Below, in pieces: positions 33,462 to 42,069 of a stretch of DNA of 42,069 nucleotides. Position 1 is the first letter of the stretch; every line of letters starts with the position of its first letter. The notes beneath the pieces were generated by a model. That model worked only from the letters and a program-made list of their open reading frames with translations, did not search any database and had not been told where the DNA came from. This DNA is from Brevundimonas sp. GTDB taxonomy: Bacteria > Pseudomonadota > Alphaproteobacteria > Caulobacterales > Caulobacteraceae. The stretch lies in contig JBKBUS010000001.1 of assembly GCA_046290035.1 (NCBI GenBank), positions 1 to 42,069 on the forward strand, read 5' to 3'. Position numbers and translations under genes: made by a program.

Positions 33462-33889
33462 GCCGCCTCGGGAGCGGCTGTGGGCTCCATCAGAGCCACA
33501 AGGGCCTCAATGGCCCGTTGGTTCGCTTTCGGCAGGGCGTGGAGCTGCAGAGCCGTTCGAAGGACCTTGGGATCCACCCGGAGCGCATCGGACGCCGGAT
33601 CCTCGCGCTCGCCCAGGAGGACGGTCATGGGAACCGCAAGGGCGTTTGAGATCCGCTTGAGACGGCCGACGGTGAGGCGGTTTTCGCCGCTCTCGTACTT
33701 CTGCAGCTGCTGATAAGCGACGCCGATGGATTTCGCCAAGGCCGTCTGGCTGAGGCCGCAGCCCAGCCTGGCCGCCGAGATGCGCTGCCCGAGGGCGACG
33801 TCATACGGGTCGGGAATTTTCTCCGGCTGGGAGCCGGAGGCGACATTGCGAGATGCGGCGGCCGCGGCCGCCGATTTGGAAGCAGCCAA
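33458..33889 (-). CDS. XRE-family HTH regulator; TTG start uncertain
   Basis: DVALGQRI..AR...GLSQTALA..IGVAYQQLQKYESGENR; the stop overlaps the primase start. Confidence 0.85.
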   Translation of the reverse strand: MAASKSAAAAAASRNVASGSQPEKIPDPYDVALGQRISAARLGCGLSQTALAKSIGVAYQQLQKYESGENRLTVGRLKRISNALAVPMTVLLGEREDPASDALRVDPKVLRTALQLHALPKANQRAIEALVALMEPTAAPEAA

Positions 33890-33891
33890 GG

Positions 33892-34263
33892 TCAGCCCCC
33901 AACCACGCCCTGGTCGGCGAGTTCCCACCCCTCAGGAAGGGTGATGATGAGGCCTTGGTTGCCGGTTTCGAAGGCTACGGCCTTCTTGCCCTCGATCTTC
34001 TTCTTGGGCGCCAGCTCCTTGGCCAGCAGCTGGCGGGTCGGGCCGCGAGAGGAGAGGGTGAAGGCGCCGTCAGCGTCCGCACGGACCTGGATGCAGCGCT
34101 TCCGGCGGTCCTCGCCGTAGGCGAGCGAGACGTTCTTGGTTTCGGCCAACCCGGCCGCGCCGGCGACGCGCCCGGGGATGGTCACGGACACGCCGCGCTG
34201 GGTGAGATGCAGGGTCACCTGGTTGTCGCCGGGCTTGGCGCGTTGAATCGGACGGAATTCCAT
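33892..34263 (-). CDS. Hypothetical protein, possibly AbrB/MazE-like swapped hairpin
   Basis: AAGGAG RBS + ATG at 34263; VSVTIPGRVAGAAGL....V.L pattern. Confidence 0.7.
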   Translation of the reverse strand: MEFRPIQRAKPGDNQVTLHLTQRGVSVTIPGRVAGAAGLAETKNVSLAYGEDRRKRCIQVRADADGAFTLSSRGPTRQLLAKELAPKKKIEGKKAVAFETGNQGLIITLPEGWELADQGVVGG

Positions 34264-34274
34264 CGGGGTCTCCT

Positions 34275-34697
34275 TTAGGGATGGAAGGGGAAGCGAGCGC
34301 ACTCGTCGGCGATCGCGTCGGTGATGATGCTGTCGGCCCATGCGTTCATGACGCTAAGGAGGCGCTCGGCGGCCGGCAGATAGACGGCGGCCGAGAACCG
34401 CTCGCTCCAGTCGCGCTGGATGGAAGCCACCTCCGCGCGAGCGCTGGGATCGAACGGCGCGGCGGCGCCGTGGTGGGCCAGACGGCGCCACAGGAGGTCC
34501 GCGTCCATGGCGGCGTCCACCGGATCTCGAGACGCCCAGCGCTCGATGACAGATCGCTCCGGCGCGGTCTCAGGGATCGCGCGCAAGGCGCGGTCAAGGA
34601 TGTAGTGCAGGCGGTCGTTGGCGGGCTTGGGTAGATGGCTCATGCGACTCTGGAACTTGGCGTAAAGACGTCTGCGTAGGCGTTGAGCGCGGGTCAT
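34275..34697 (-). CDS. Hypothetical helical protein; start may be 34643
   Basis: In operon context, ending 11 nt before the next start. Confidence 0.6.
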   Translation of the reverse strand: MTRAQRLRRRLYAKFQSRMSHLPKPANDRLHYILDRALRAIPETAPERSVIERWASRDPVDAAMDADLLWRRLAHHGAAAPFDPSARAEVASIQRDWSERFSAAVYLPAAERLLSVMNAWADSIITDAIADECARFPFHP

Positions 34698-34900
34698 CGG
34701 CCGCTCTCCCTGAAGGCGCGCCGAACCGTCATGTGGCGGGCGGCCGACCGCTGAACCCCGGCGCTCCGAACCGCAACAGTGTCAGCGCCAAATTTCGCAT
34801 AAGATATGTTGGGCGTTTTTAATTGCAACGGACGCTTGCTGATCGAAAACATTGAGAATCCCGTGGGTTTCGACGCGGCGGCTTCGTTAGAGCGGGTCAT
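34694..34900 (-). CDS. Possible 68-aa ORF (may instead be promoter DNA)
   Basis: ATGA overlap with the downstream gene, but the interior is AT-rich and there is no clear RBS. Confidence 0.3.
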   Translation of the reverse strand: MTRSNEAAASKPTGFSMFSISKRPLQLKTPNISYAKFGADTVAVRSAGVQRSAARHMTVRRAFRESGR

Positions 34901-34923
34901 GGGAAGGTGCGGCTAGGTCGGCG

Positions 34924-37900
34924 CTACAGACTCGGGGAATGGGTGGGGCCAGTGGGTTCGTGCTGCTTTTCGAAGGCCTTCTCGTCGGCCTTCTCCGGAG
35001 CCTCGGCCTTCTCCTGGTCGACACCGGGAAGCTCGGGAGCTTTCGCCTTGTCGGCCGCCGGCTCACTCTTGTCGGATCCGTCGAGACCGTCCTTGGCCAA
35101 GCTGGCCAGTTCCTTCTCGGCGCCCGCCTGGGTCAGCGCCTCCGCCAGCTCGTGGCTGGCGATGGCGTTGTGGCCGCTCTGCTTGTTGAGCTTCATGACG
35201 AGGGTGCCGAGGTCGTTCGTGACGAACGTGACCTGCTCGGCCGTGCGGGAGACCTGAACGTAGGCCCGCGCCTCGGTGGCGGCCTCGCCATGCTTGCTCG
35301 AGAGGACGGCGACGACGTCCTTGTAGGTCGAGCCCTGCGAACGGTCGGCGGTCTCGGCGTAGCCGTGGCTAATGTAGCGGAGCTGAGGATCCGACTCCTT
35401 CATGACCGTGGTGGTCCCGTCGGCCTTGCGAACGTGCCACTCCCCGTTCTCGATCTTGTCGACGGTGAAGCGCCCGCCGACCTTTAGGTCGCGGTCCTTG
35501 TCTGTGCGGTCCCAGACGAGGGTTTCGCCCTCGCGCACCTCAAGCTCGCGGCTGGTGTAGGCTTCGAAGCGGCGCTTGTTGGGGTCGGCCGACAGGTCGA
35601 TCGAGACGCGGCCGCCCTTCTCGCGCTCCACGACCAGGAGGTTGTTGCGCTCGTCGCGGCCGACGACGGTGACGGTGTCGTTCTTCGACAGCCCAAGATC
35701 CTTGACGCCTCGGTGGAAGACCAGGACCTGGCCCTCGCGATAGCTCGAGGCGAGGCTGGTCTCGGCGCGAGACATTCGCACCGGGGCCAAGGTGGGGACG
35801 GTTTTGCCCTCGCCGAGGCGGCCTTCGGCGATCAGCTGGGTGCGAACCTTGTCAGCGACCTCGGCCCGCAGGCTGTTGGTCGGAACGATGATCGGCGGGA
35901 GAGCGCCCGTCTGGGCCCGATAGCCATTCCAGGCCGCCACCGCCGCGTCCGCCAGGTGCACGTCGGCCGCATTCCGGCCGACCTGAACCACCCGATCGCC
36001 CAGCGCGCGGAACGCGCCTGAGATCTCGGATTTCGCCAGCCGTTCAACGGCCGTGCGAATCTCGGGATCCTTCTGCCGGCGGATCTCGGTCATGCTGGCG
36101 TGCTGGATGTCGCTGCTGAGCGCCAGACGCCAAGGCGCCCCCGCCTCCGGGGATCCGAGCTGACGTTCGTCGCCGATCAGCACGACGCGCTCGAGGCCCA
36201 ATGTCGCCCGGGCCCGGGCGAGCCGATCCATCTGAGCGTTCGAGAGCATCGAGGCCTCGTCGGCCAGCAAGGTGCGGCCAGCCCACTTCTCCTGCAGGGC
36301 CTTGAGGCCCTCCCCTCCCCGTTCCTCCTCCCGCTCGACACGGCTGAGGAAGGCCTCGACGGTTTCGGCCTTGATTCCGGCCTCCCGCGTCATCGCCTCG
36401 GCGGCCTGGTGGGTGGGCGCGATGCCCGCCAGCTCGATCCCGCGGCTCTGCGCGATCTCGTTGACGACGCGGAACATCGTCGTCTTTCCGACGCCGGCGA
36501 GCCCCTGAACGCCTACAAATCGGTCACTCGACGTCAGCAGGAGGGTGGCGGCCGCCGTCTGGCCCTCGTTGAGGACGATCGCCCCGTCCCCGCGCGCGGC
36601 CAGGCGCTGCAGATGGGCGGACGCCTCATGCGCGGCCATCATGGGCGCGGCAGCACCCCGACCGTCCTCGATCTCGCGCACCAGGCGGCGCTCGAGGGCC
36701 AACGCCCCGTCAGTGGTCAAGCCGTCCCGGATCGTCCGATCGGCGGCGAGAACCTTGCCGCCGGCCGACAGGCCATCGATCTGGGCCTCGATGCGATCGA
36801 CCGTGAGTCCGGCCCGTCCGAACTCGAGCGCTCGGCCGACAATGTCATGTCGGGTGAAGACGGCCTTGCCTTGCTCGGCCACCCGGACGGCGAAGTCGAC
36901 GGCGGCGACAGCCTCGCGGTCGGCGCCGGAACGATATGGCGTGTCGTGAAGCTTTGTCGCCCGGCCGGTGATGGCCCGGAAGGCAGCAAGGAATTTCGAC
37001 TTCGCGTCGCTGGCCTTGCCGGTGACCACAGGGGTCACATCAGCGGCTGGGGCGTCGCGGCCCTTGGCGGTCTGGACGATCCCGGCGCTGTCCAGGCCCA
37101 CGGCCTTCGCATCTGATTGCCAGCGGTTCTGGAGCTGGGCCCGCGGGATGTCGAGCTTCTTCGGCCGGTCGCGCAGGACGAGCGCATCACGCTGCGCACC
37201 GCTCAGCTCGCCGTGCTTTTCCTTCTCGATCTTCAGGGCTTCGCGGATGTCGGCGTTGCGCTTGGAGAAGGCCTGCAGCTGAGAGCGTCTGAACGCCGCC
37301 AGCTCGAACGTCCCCTTCGTGGTGTCGCGCTTCACGTCGTAGCCGAGCGCCATGACGCTCTTTGCCAACTCGGCTCGGTAGACGGCGCCCAGGAGCTTCA
37401 TGTTCTTGAAGAGGTGAAGGCTCTCCAGAGCGCGGAACTTGCCCGCCTTCTCGTCCCAAGTGGCGTTGGCAACGACGTTGTGGGTGTGCAGCTGGGGATC
37501 GCCCTTGCGAGACGTGGTGTGCTCGGTCGACGCGTAGATCAGGTTGCCGGTGCGGACCTCCCGGAGACTGCCCTTGTCGCGGACCCTGGTGACCGCGAAG
37601 TATTTCTCCGCATAGGCCATGGCCCGATCGACCGCGGCGCGATGCGCCGCCACCAGGCGTTCGTCACCGCCGACCAGGTAGGCCAGGCTCACCGACTTCG
37701 GCGCCGAGAAGGTCATGTCCCAGCCCGGGCGGTGCTTGTCGTCGGGCTTGGCGGCGCGGTCTGGATCCTGAAGGGTCGGATGCGTTCCGCTCAGCACCTG
37801 GCGGAACTGCGCCGATGTCGCGGTGCCGCTGAGGCCTGCCTGCGCAGCCCCCTTCCCTTTCCATTCAACGCCGGGAGCGTCGGCCTCGCCGGTAACGTAG

Positions 37901-37968
37901 TAGTCGTCCTTGCCGTAGTATTCGGCGGCCCCGCCGGCGCTGCCGATCGCGCTAACTGACAGCATCAC
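34924..37968 (-). CDS. trwC: MOBF relaxase-helicase (TrwC/TraI family)
   Basis: EYYGKDDYY catalytic tyrosines, DMTFSAPKSVS, HTTSRKGDPQLHTH, GLAGVGKTT, DEASM, GDERQL, SQGST. Confidence 0.95.
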   Translation of the reverse strand: MMLSVSAIGSAGGAAEYYGKDDYYVTGEADAPGVEWKGKGAAQAGLSGTATSAQFRQVLSGTHPTLQDPDRAAKPDDKHRPGWDMTFSAPKSVSLAYLVGGDERLVAAHRAAVDRAMAYAEKYFAVTRVRDKGSLREVRTGNLIYASTEHTTSRKGDPQLHTHNVVANATWDEKAGKFRALESLHLFKNMKLLGAVYRAELAKSVMALGYDVKRDTTKGTFELAAFRRSQLQAFSKRNADIREALKIEKEKHGELSGAQRDALVLRDRPKKLDIPRAQLQNRWQSDAKAVGLDSAGIVQTAKGRDAPAADVTPVVTGKASDAKSKFLAAFRAITGRATKLHDTPYRSGADREAVAAVDFAVRVAEQGKAVFTRHDIVGRALEFGRAGLTVDRIEAQIDGLSAGGKVLAADRTIRDGLTTDGALALERRLVREIEDGRGAAAPMMAAHEASAHLQRLAARGDGAIVLNEGQTAAATLLLTSSDRFVGVQGLAGVGKTTMFRVVNEIAQSRGIELAGIAPTHQAAEAMTREAGIKAETVEAFLSRVEREEERGGEGLKALQEKWAGRTLLADEASMLSNAQMDRLARARATLGLERVVLIGDERQLGSPEAGAPWRLALSSDIQHASMTEIRRQKDPEIRTAVERLAKSEISGAFRALGDRVVQVGRNAADVHLADAAVAAWNGYRAQTGALPPIIVPTNSLRAEVADKVRTQLIAEGRLGEGKTVPTLAPVRMSRAETSLASSYREGQVLVFHRGVKDLGLSKNDTVTVVGRDERNNLLVVEREKGGRVSIDLSADPNKRRFEAYTSRELEVREGETLVWDRTDKDRDLKVGGRFTVDKIENGEWHVRKADGTTTVMKESDPQLRYISHGYAETADRSQGSTYKDVVAVLSSKHGEAATEARAYVQVSRTAEQVTFVTNDLGTLVMKLNKQSGHNAIASHELAEALTQAGAEKELASLAKDGLDGSDKSEPAADKAKAPELPGVDQEKAEAPEKADEKAFEKQHEPTGPTHSPSL

Positions 37969-40145
37969 TGGAACTCCATGCCGAGGTCGTCGATCGACAG
38001 CTTCTCGGGCTTGGCCGGGGCCTCGCCGGCGGGATCATCCGGGCGGTTCGGCGTGTCCGACCGCTCAGCCTGCTGCTGCTGTTGTTCCAGCCGTTGGCGC
38101 TCAGCCTCGGCGGCTTCTCGGCGCGCCAGCTCCTGTCCCTGGGCCGTCGGAAGGGCCGAAGGTTCCAGAGGAAGGTCATGTTGGACTGACGTGCTGTCGT
38201 GACCGCCGGTGTCGTTGTCGACCACGAGGCGAAGGCCCCAACCTTCGCTCGGCGGCGGCGGGGCCGGAGGCGGACTATCCGGTTTCGGTCCGGACGGTTT
38301 GGGTGGCGACGGCGGACGCGGTGTGGCGGGTCCCGAGGGGTTGGCGCCGGCCAGAAACTCGCGCACCGGATCCGGTCCCTGACGCTTGATGAAGGCGTCA
38401 GCGATCTTGGGGAGGTCAGCCCACGTGAAGCTGATTGGCGCGATCGGAAAGGCCCGCCCTGCCCTCGCGTTGCTGACCCGAATGACGCCCTGCAGCTTGG
38501 GGAAGTTCATAATGTCGGTCGGCAGGTAGACCGGCTCCTTCTCCTCGCGCGGAGAGATGCCGACGCCGTCGCGGATGGAGTTGGCCCCGTAGCTCGTGTT
38601 CTCGCTGACGCGGTGCATGACGCGCTCGCCGAGGATCTCGCTCATCATCTGAGCGGTCTCGCTGTCGTTGGCTCTGAGGATCAGCTTGTTGGCGCACTGA
38701 CCGACGATGGTGCGCGCGCGCTCCCGCCCGTAGATGTCCTGGATCTGAGAGACCTGCTGCATCCCGAAGACCATGCAGCCGCCGTACTTCCGCAGGCGCT
38801 GGGGACCGTCCGCCAGCTTGTCGATGCGCCCCAGCGAGGGGAACTCATCGAGCATGATCCAGGTGGGGTGCGGCGGGACCCCTTCGGCGTTCCGCGACAG
38901 GAGGGCGCTGACGGCGATCTCCGACCAGAAGCCGAGCAAGGGCCGCAGGGTGTCGGCGTGGGTTTCAGGGGCCGACAGGAAGAGGATGCCGGGCGTTCTC
39001 CGCTGTTGGTTGATCCACGCGCGGATTGAGAAGGGCTCGCCCTTGCCGAGCAGATAGATGAGCGGGGTGACGCCCTCGACCAGGACGGACTCGATGGACG
39101 ATGTACGAGGGCTTTGACCGCCGGAGATGTGCTTGTGTGCCGGGGTGCCGACCAGAAGCTGAGCGAGACGTTGGGTCGGGCCGAAGAGGAAGCGAAGCGC
39201 CTCATCCAGGGTGACGTGCGGATCGCGCTCCTGAAGCTGGAAGCATGTCCAGGAGAAGAGCGAGCGGGCGACGTTCGTCCAGTACGGGTCGCCGCTCTTC
39301 GGGTCCTTGAAGAGGCCGTGGGCCAGTCGGTCCCACTCGACGTGATCCTTGGCGTCGAAGAACGGTGACCACGACGGCGACCGGTCATCGAACGGGTTGA
39401 TGATGACGTCTGTGTCCGGGTCGAAGTGCTTCGGGATGAACGTCAGCTCGGGGTCGTAAACGATGCCCCTGTCGCCTCGCTCGCGGATGGACAGGATGAG
39501 CTTGTCCAGAGCGACGGTCTTGCCGCTGCCCGGGCCGCCGACAACGAGGGTGTGCTCCATCTCGGTGTCGAAGGGATACGGCACATCCACCAGCTTCGCC
39601 GCGATGTGTTGCGGGCGGTTGAGACGCTTGGCCTCGGCCTGATTGAACTCGGTGATCTCGCGCGCGAGGAGCGGCGCGCTGGTGACGGTCTGGCCTCTGA
39701 TCTGACGGGTCTTGAGCTTGGACTTGCCGGCTGTCGTGTACCACCACGCGGTGATGAGCCCGACCATGCCGACGCCGATGAGCCAAAGCGCGAAGCCCAG
39801 CGAGGCGTGCTTCATGTAGGCGGTGGCGTAGGGTTCGACCCAAGGCAGCTGACCCACTTCCTGAACCGGATGCGGACGGGGTCCGAAGCCGGGTGTGGGC
39901 ACGCTCAGCGTCTGCGGTGCGGGCGGTCCGACCCAATCGAGGAAGGCCGCCATGAGGGCCAATGTGCCGTGGGTTTGTTCCTCCTCCGAGGCGCGGAGGT
40001 TGACGCAGACAACACAGACCACACCCCACAGGATGAGGACGACCATGATGCGCGCGATGACCTCGCGTATCATGTCGAAGGTGTGACCGATGGTCTGACC
40101 CCCGCGAAGCCACGCCGCGAGGTTGCCTTTGTTGGGTCGGCTCAT
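37965..40145 (-). CDS. traD: Type IV coupling protein (TraD/TrwB family)
   Basis: RGGQT, two N-terminal TM segments, GGPGSGKT, NPFDDRS..W, LDEFPSL, RKYGGC. GGAG RBS + ATG at 40145. Confidence 0.93.
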   Translation of the reverse strand: MSRPNKGNLAAWLRGGQTIGHTFDMIREVIARIMVVLILWGVVCVVCVNLRASEEEQTHGTLALMAAFLDWVGPPAPQTLSVPTPGFGPRPHPVQEVGQLPWVEPYATAYMKHASLGFALWLIGVGMVGLITAWWYTTAGKSKLKTRQIRGQTVTSAPLLAREITEFNQAEAKRLNRPQHIAAKLVDVPYPFDTEMEHTLVVGGPGSGKTVALDKLILSIRERGDRGIVYDPELTFIPKHFDPDTDVIINPFDDRSPSWSPFFDAKDHVEWDRLAHGLFKDPKSGDPYWTNVARSLFSWTCFQLQERDPHVTLDEALRFLFGPTQRLAQLLVGTPAHKHISGGQSPRTSSIESVLVEGVTPLIYLLGKGEPFSIRAWINQQRRTPGILFLSAPETHADTLRPLLGFWSEIAVSALLSRNAEGVPPHPTWIMLDEFPSLGRIDKLADGPQRLRKYGGCMVFGMQQVSQIQDIYGRERARTIVGQCANKLILRANDSETAQMMSEILGERVMHRVSENTSYGANSIRDGVGISPREEKEPVYLPTDIMNFPKLQGVIRVSNARAGRAFPIAPISFTWADLPKIADAFIKRQGPDPVREFLAGANPSGPATPRPPSPPKPSGPKPDSPPPAPPPPSEGWGLRLVVDNDTGGHDSTSVQHDLPLEPSALPTAQGQELARREAAEAERQRLEQQQQQAERSDTPNRPDDPAGEAPAKPEKLSIDDLGMEFQ

Positions 40146-40208
40146 GTGTGCTCCGTCGAGAAGACGAAGCGGCCGCACCGAACGGGTCAGGTCTGAGGGA
40201 CCTCCCGA

Positions 40209-40583
40209 TTACCTGTCAGCGAACAGTTTGTGAAGTGCGGCGATGCGCGGATCCTCTCGCTCGCCCAGGTCGGCGGTGAACGGTCGAGCCGGCACAGCGC
40301 CGAAGGCGGCGGCCGCGGCCTTCTTCGCGACCTCCCGCACGGCAGCCATGTCGCTGTCGCTCAATTCCTTCTTCGCCAAGGCGGTGACCATGGCCAGGAC
40401 CATCATCAGCTGGTGTCCGGTCTGTCGGACGTAATAGGTCTCGCTGGTCGGCAGGTAGTCCTGGACGAGCTGCCCCAGGAGGGCCGAGACGCTGAGCCCC
40501 TGCTCCGACGCCCGCCGCTCAAAATCGCGGGCGGTGTCCGGATCCACGTAGGTGACGAGACGCTGATGGCCGGGGCTGGGCAT
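40209..40583 (-). CDS. TrwA-like RHH relaxosome accessory protein
   Basis: RLVTYVDPDT...FERRA.EQGLSVSALL..LV RHH; first gene of a trwABC-like order next to oriT. Confidence 0.78.
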   Translation of the reverse strand: MPSPGHQRLVTYVDPDTARDFERRASEQGLSVSALLGQLVQDYLPTSETYYVRQTGHQLMMVLAMVTALAKKELSDSDMAAVREVAKKAAAAAFGAVPARPFTADLGEREDPRIAALHKLFADR

Positions 40584-40600
40584 GGCGTTTTCCTGCAAGT

Positions 40601-40685
40601 GTGTGCTACGCGTAGCATACGCGCAAACGCCTGTTCTACAAGGACAATCGGGCGAAACCGGCAAAGTAGCACACGCGTGGCACCC
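40601..40685. repeat. GTAGCA(C/T)AC repeats; candidate binding sites for the TrwA-like protein
   Basis: Near-perfect palindrome GTGTGCTAC-GC-GTAGCATAC (40601-40620), and a direct pair GTAGCACAC (40666) / GTGGCACCC (40677) 11 bp apart. Confidence 0.7.
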
Positions 40686-40724
40686 TATGTCACTTTGCAA
40701 AACCCGTGGAGAATCAACGGCCTA

Positions 40725-40756
40725 ACCTAACCGCAGGTGTGCGTAGGGTGTGCACG
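40725..40756 (+). other. oriT core with MOBF nic site, predicted nick at 40751/40752
   Basis: ACCT-AACCGC-AGGT hairpin then TGCGTAGGGTGT^G, matching F-family nic (F: TGCGTGGGGTGT^GG). Located upstream of the trwABC-like operon. Confidence 0.8.
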
Positions 40757-41385
40757 TCTCAACGAGACGTTTCTTCCATGGCCCCCTCCGGGGCCATCCC
40801 ACATTCCTCCTCGTGCCCTTGCCTCCGACGAAAGGCCGATCAGGCCTCTAGGCGAGGGCACTCCGAACCCCCCGCACAACGTGCCTGACCTTTCACAATC
40901 CGGCCCGAAGGGACCTGGTGTTGGCCGGATCTACATCGCTCCCCTGCTCTCTTCCCGATCGCGCTAACGGCTCAAGAGGCGAGCCCGAGACGGCCACGCC
41001 GTCAGGGCAGCCTCAGCCGTCAGCGATCCAGGCGGCGTCGTAGAGGCCGGTGAGTCTCAAGGAAGGGCTCCGGCCAATCGCGGAAGCGGTACGGCCAGGG
41101 CGAAAGCCCAACCACCCCTCTAGGCGCTGGCACTCGCGGCAGCGCAATCAGCCATCACCCTCGCGGCAGCGGACCAGCCGCGGCCAGAACCGGGCCGCAG
41201 ATGCGGCCTTTTGGCCCCGCCGGGCCGAGCCGAAAAGGCGACGGCGCGGCCAGCGAATTCCGCCACGGCGGAAGGCGCGCAAAGCGGGCAGCGCAGCTGC
41301 GCCGCGGGCAGCAAAAAGGCCCCGGCCGAGAGAACCGACCGAGGCCTGAAAACGCGCCCGCGCAGCGGGTGCAATCAGCCCAAAC

Positions 41386-42069
41386 TCATGGCGTCCAGCC
41401 GCTGTCGAAAGTGGCCGCCGTCAGGTCGGCCAGCTCATCGGCCAAGCCAAGCCACACGACGCGGCGGGATAGGTCGAAATTCCACGGGGCGACGGCGGGG
41501 CCGTCGTCCTGATGGCTGAGATAGAAGACCTCAAACCGGAAGGTTTGGCCGAGGGCCTCAAAGACGCCGCAGCGGCGTTCGCCGCTCGGGTCGACGTTGT
41601 GGGTGAACCCGACGAAGTCGGCCACGCCATGCCAGAGGAGCGCCGAGCGCCCCAGGCTGGTGTGAAGGTGAAGGCGCGGGCGCGGATACTCCTCGTCGGG
41701 CGTGAAGCCCGGCGCAAGAAAGGCCATCGCCCCCGGCGAATAGGCGCGCCGGCATCGGGTCCAGGTATCGCCCTGGCGGGCGCGGTCGTTGAGGGCGGCG
41801 GTAGCCGCCACGCGATCAGCATCGGCAATCGGCGGCAGGGTGTCGCAAGGGACCGGGATCGTCTTCAGCGCATCCCAGATGAGCCAGCTGATGGTGCCGG
41901 AATCGCGGGGATACCAACGGCTGGAATGGTAGCGGTCAAGGATCGCCCGGCGAGCATGGACCGGCAGGGCGAAGAGCCGCGCGCGGACAGCGCGCCACCG
42001 GGCGGCCTTTGCATCGCGGGTCGCCTTCTCCTGACGAACGTCGGCGGCCAACCGGCGGGCCATCTCCTC
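41386..42069 (-). CDS. Divergent DUF3768-like domain fused to an N-terminal helical domain; probably 5'-partial
   Basis: ALNDRAR...F.GFT..VDPSGE..CGVFE..GQ.F.F.V.Y...P.....RRV...LADE follows the DUF3768 pattern. The frame is open to the window edge. Confidence 0.65.
   Translation of the reverse strand, partial: EEMARRLAADVRQEKATRDAKAARWRAVRARLFALPVHARRAILDRYHSSRWYPRDSGTISWLIWDALKTIPVPCDTLPPIADADRVAATAALNDRARQGDTWTRCRRAYSPGAMAFLAPGFTPDEEYPRPRLHLHTSLGRSALLWHGVADFVGFTHNVDPSGERRCGVFEALGQTFRFEVFYLSHQDDGPAVAPWNFDLSRRVVWLGLADELADLTAATFDSGWTP

Noticed and set aside
31351-33889. Prophage or satellite (XRE repressors + primase)
   Set aside because: There are no integrase, att, capsid or terminase genes, and the block is co-oriented with the plasmid mob operon.
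33892-34697. AbrB-like gene plus neighbour as a toxin-antitoxin pair
   Set aside because: No PIN, MazF, RelE or Fic motif is recognisable in either neighbour.

Overview
This is a high-GC alphaproteobacterial (probably Caulobacteraceae-like) conjugative or mobilizable plasmid backbone, cut inside genes at both ends. Left to right it contains: (1) a DUF2726 gene end, ardC, and a coupled 4-gene operon ending in a secreted thermonuclease; (2) a non-canonical replicon made of repC with its counter-transcribed RNA, palindromic operator repeats and a perfect CtrA box, followed by a type Ib parA + RHH partition operon preceded by a 28-unit 9-bp-period array; (3) a lytic transglycosylase; (4) a minus-strand establishment/anti-defence cluster (Mom-like remnant, MTase-strawberry-notch helicase, DUF2493, large ParB-like protein) with structured upstream elements; (5) the distal F-type tra genes (5'-truncated traN, traF, traH, traG) and a convergent entry-exclusion candidate; (6) a stand-alone LigD ligase domain; (7) a primase operon with three XRE regulators; (8) a TrwA-like RHH gene, TraD/TrwB and a MOBF relaxase-helicase, with an F-like nic site at 40751/40752. 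The most notable observations are a conserved, covarying multi-hairpin element upstream of ardC and DUF2493 that appears to fold on the predicted transferred (+) strand, the 9-bp array, the CtrA box at repC, and a junction near 18865 where two divergent genes have both lost their 5' ends. No CRISPR array, IS element, tRNA or rRNA was seen. All family calls come from motif recognition, not database searches.
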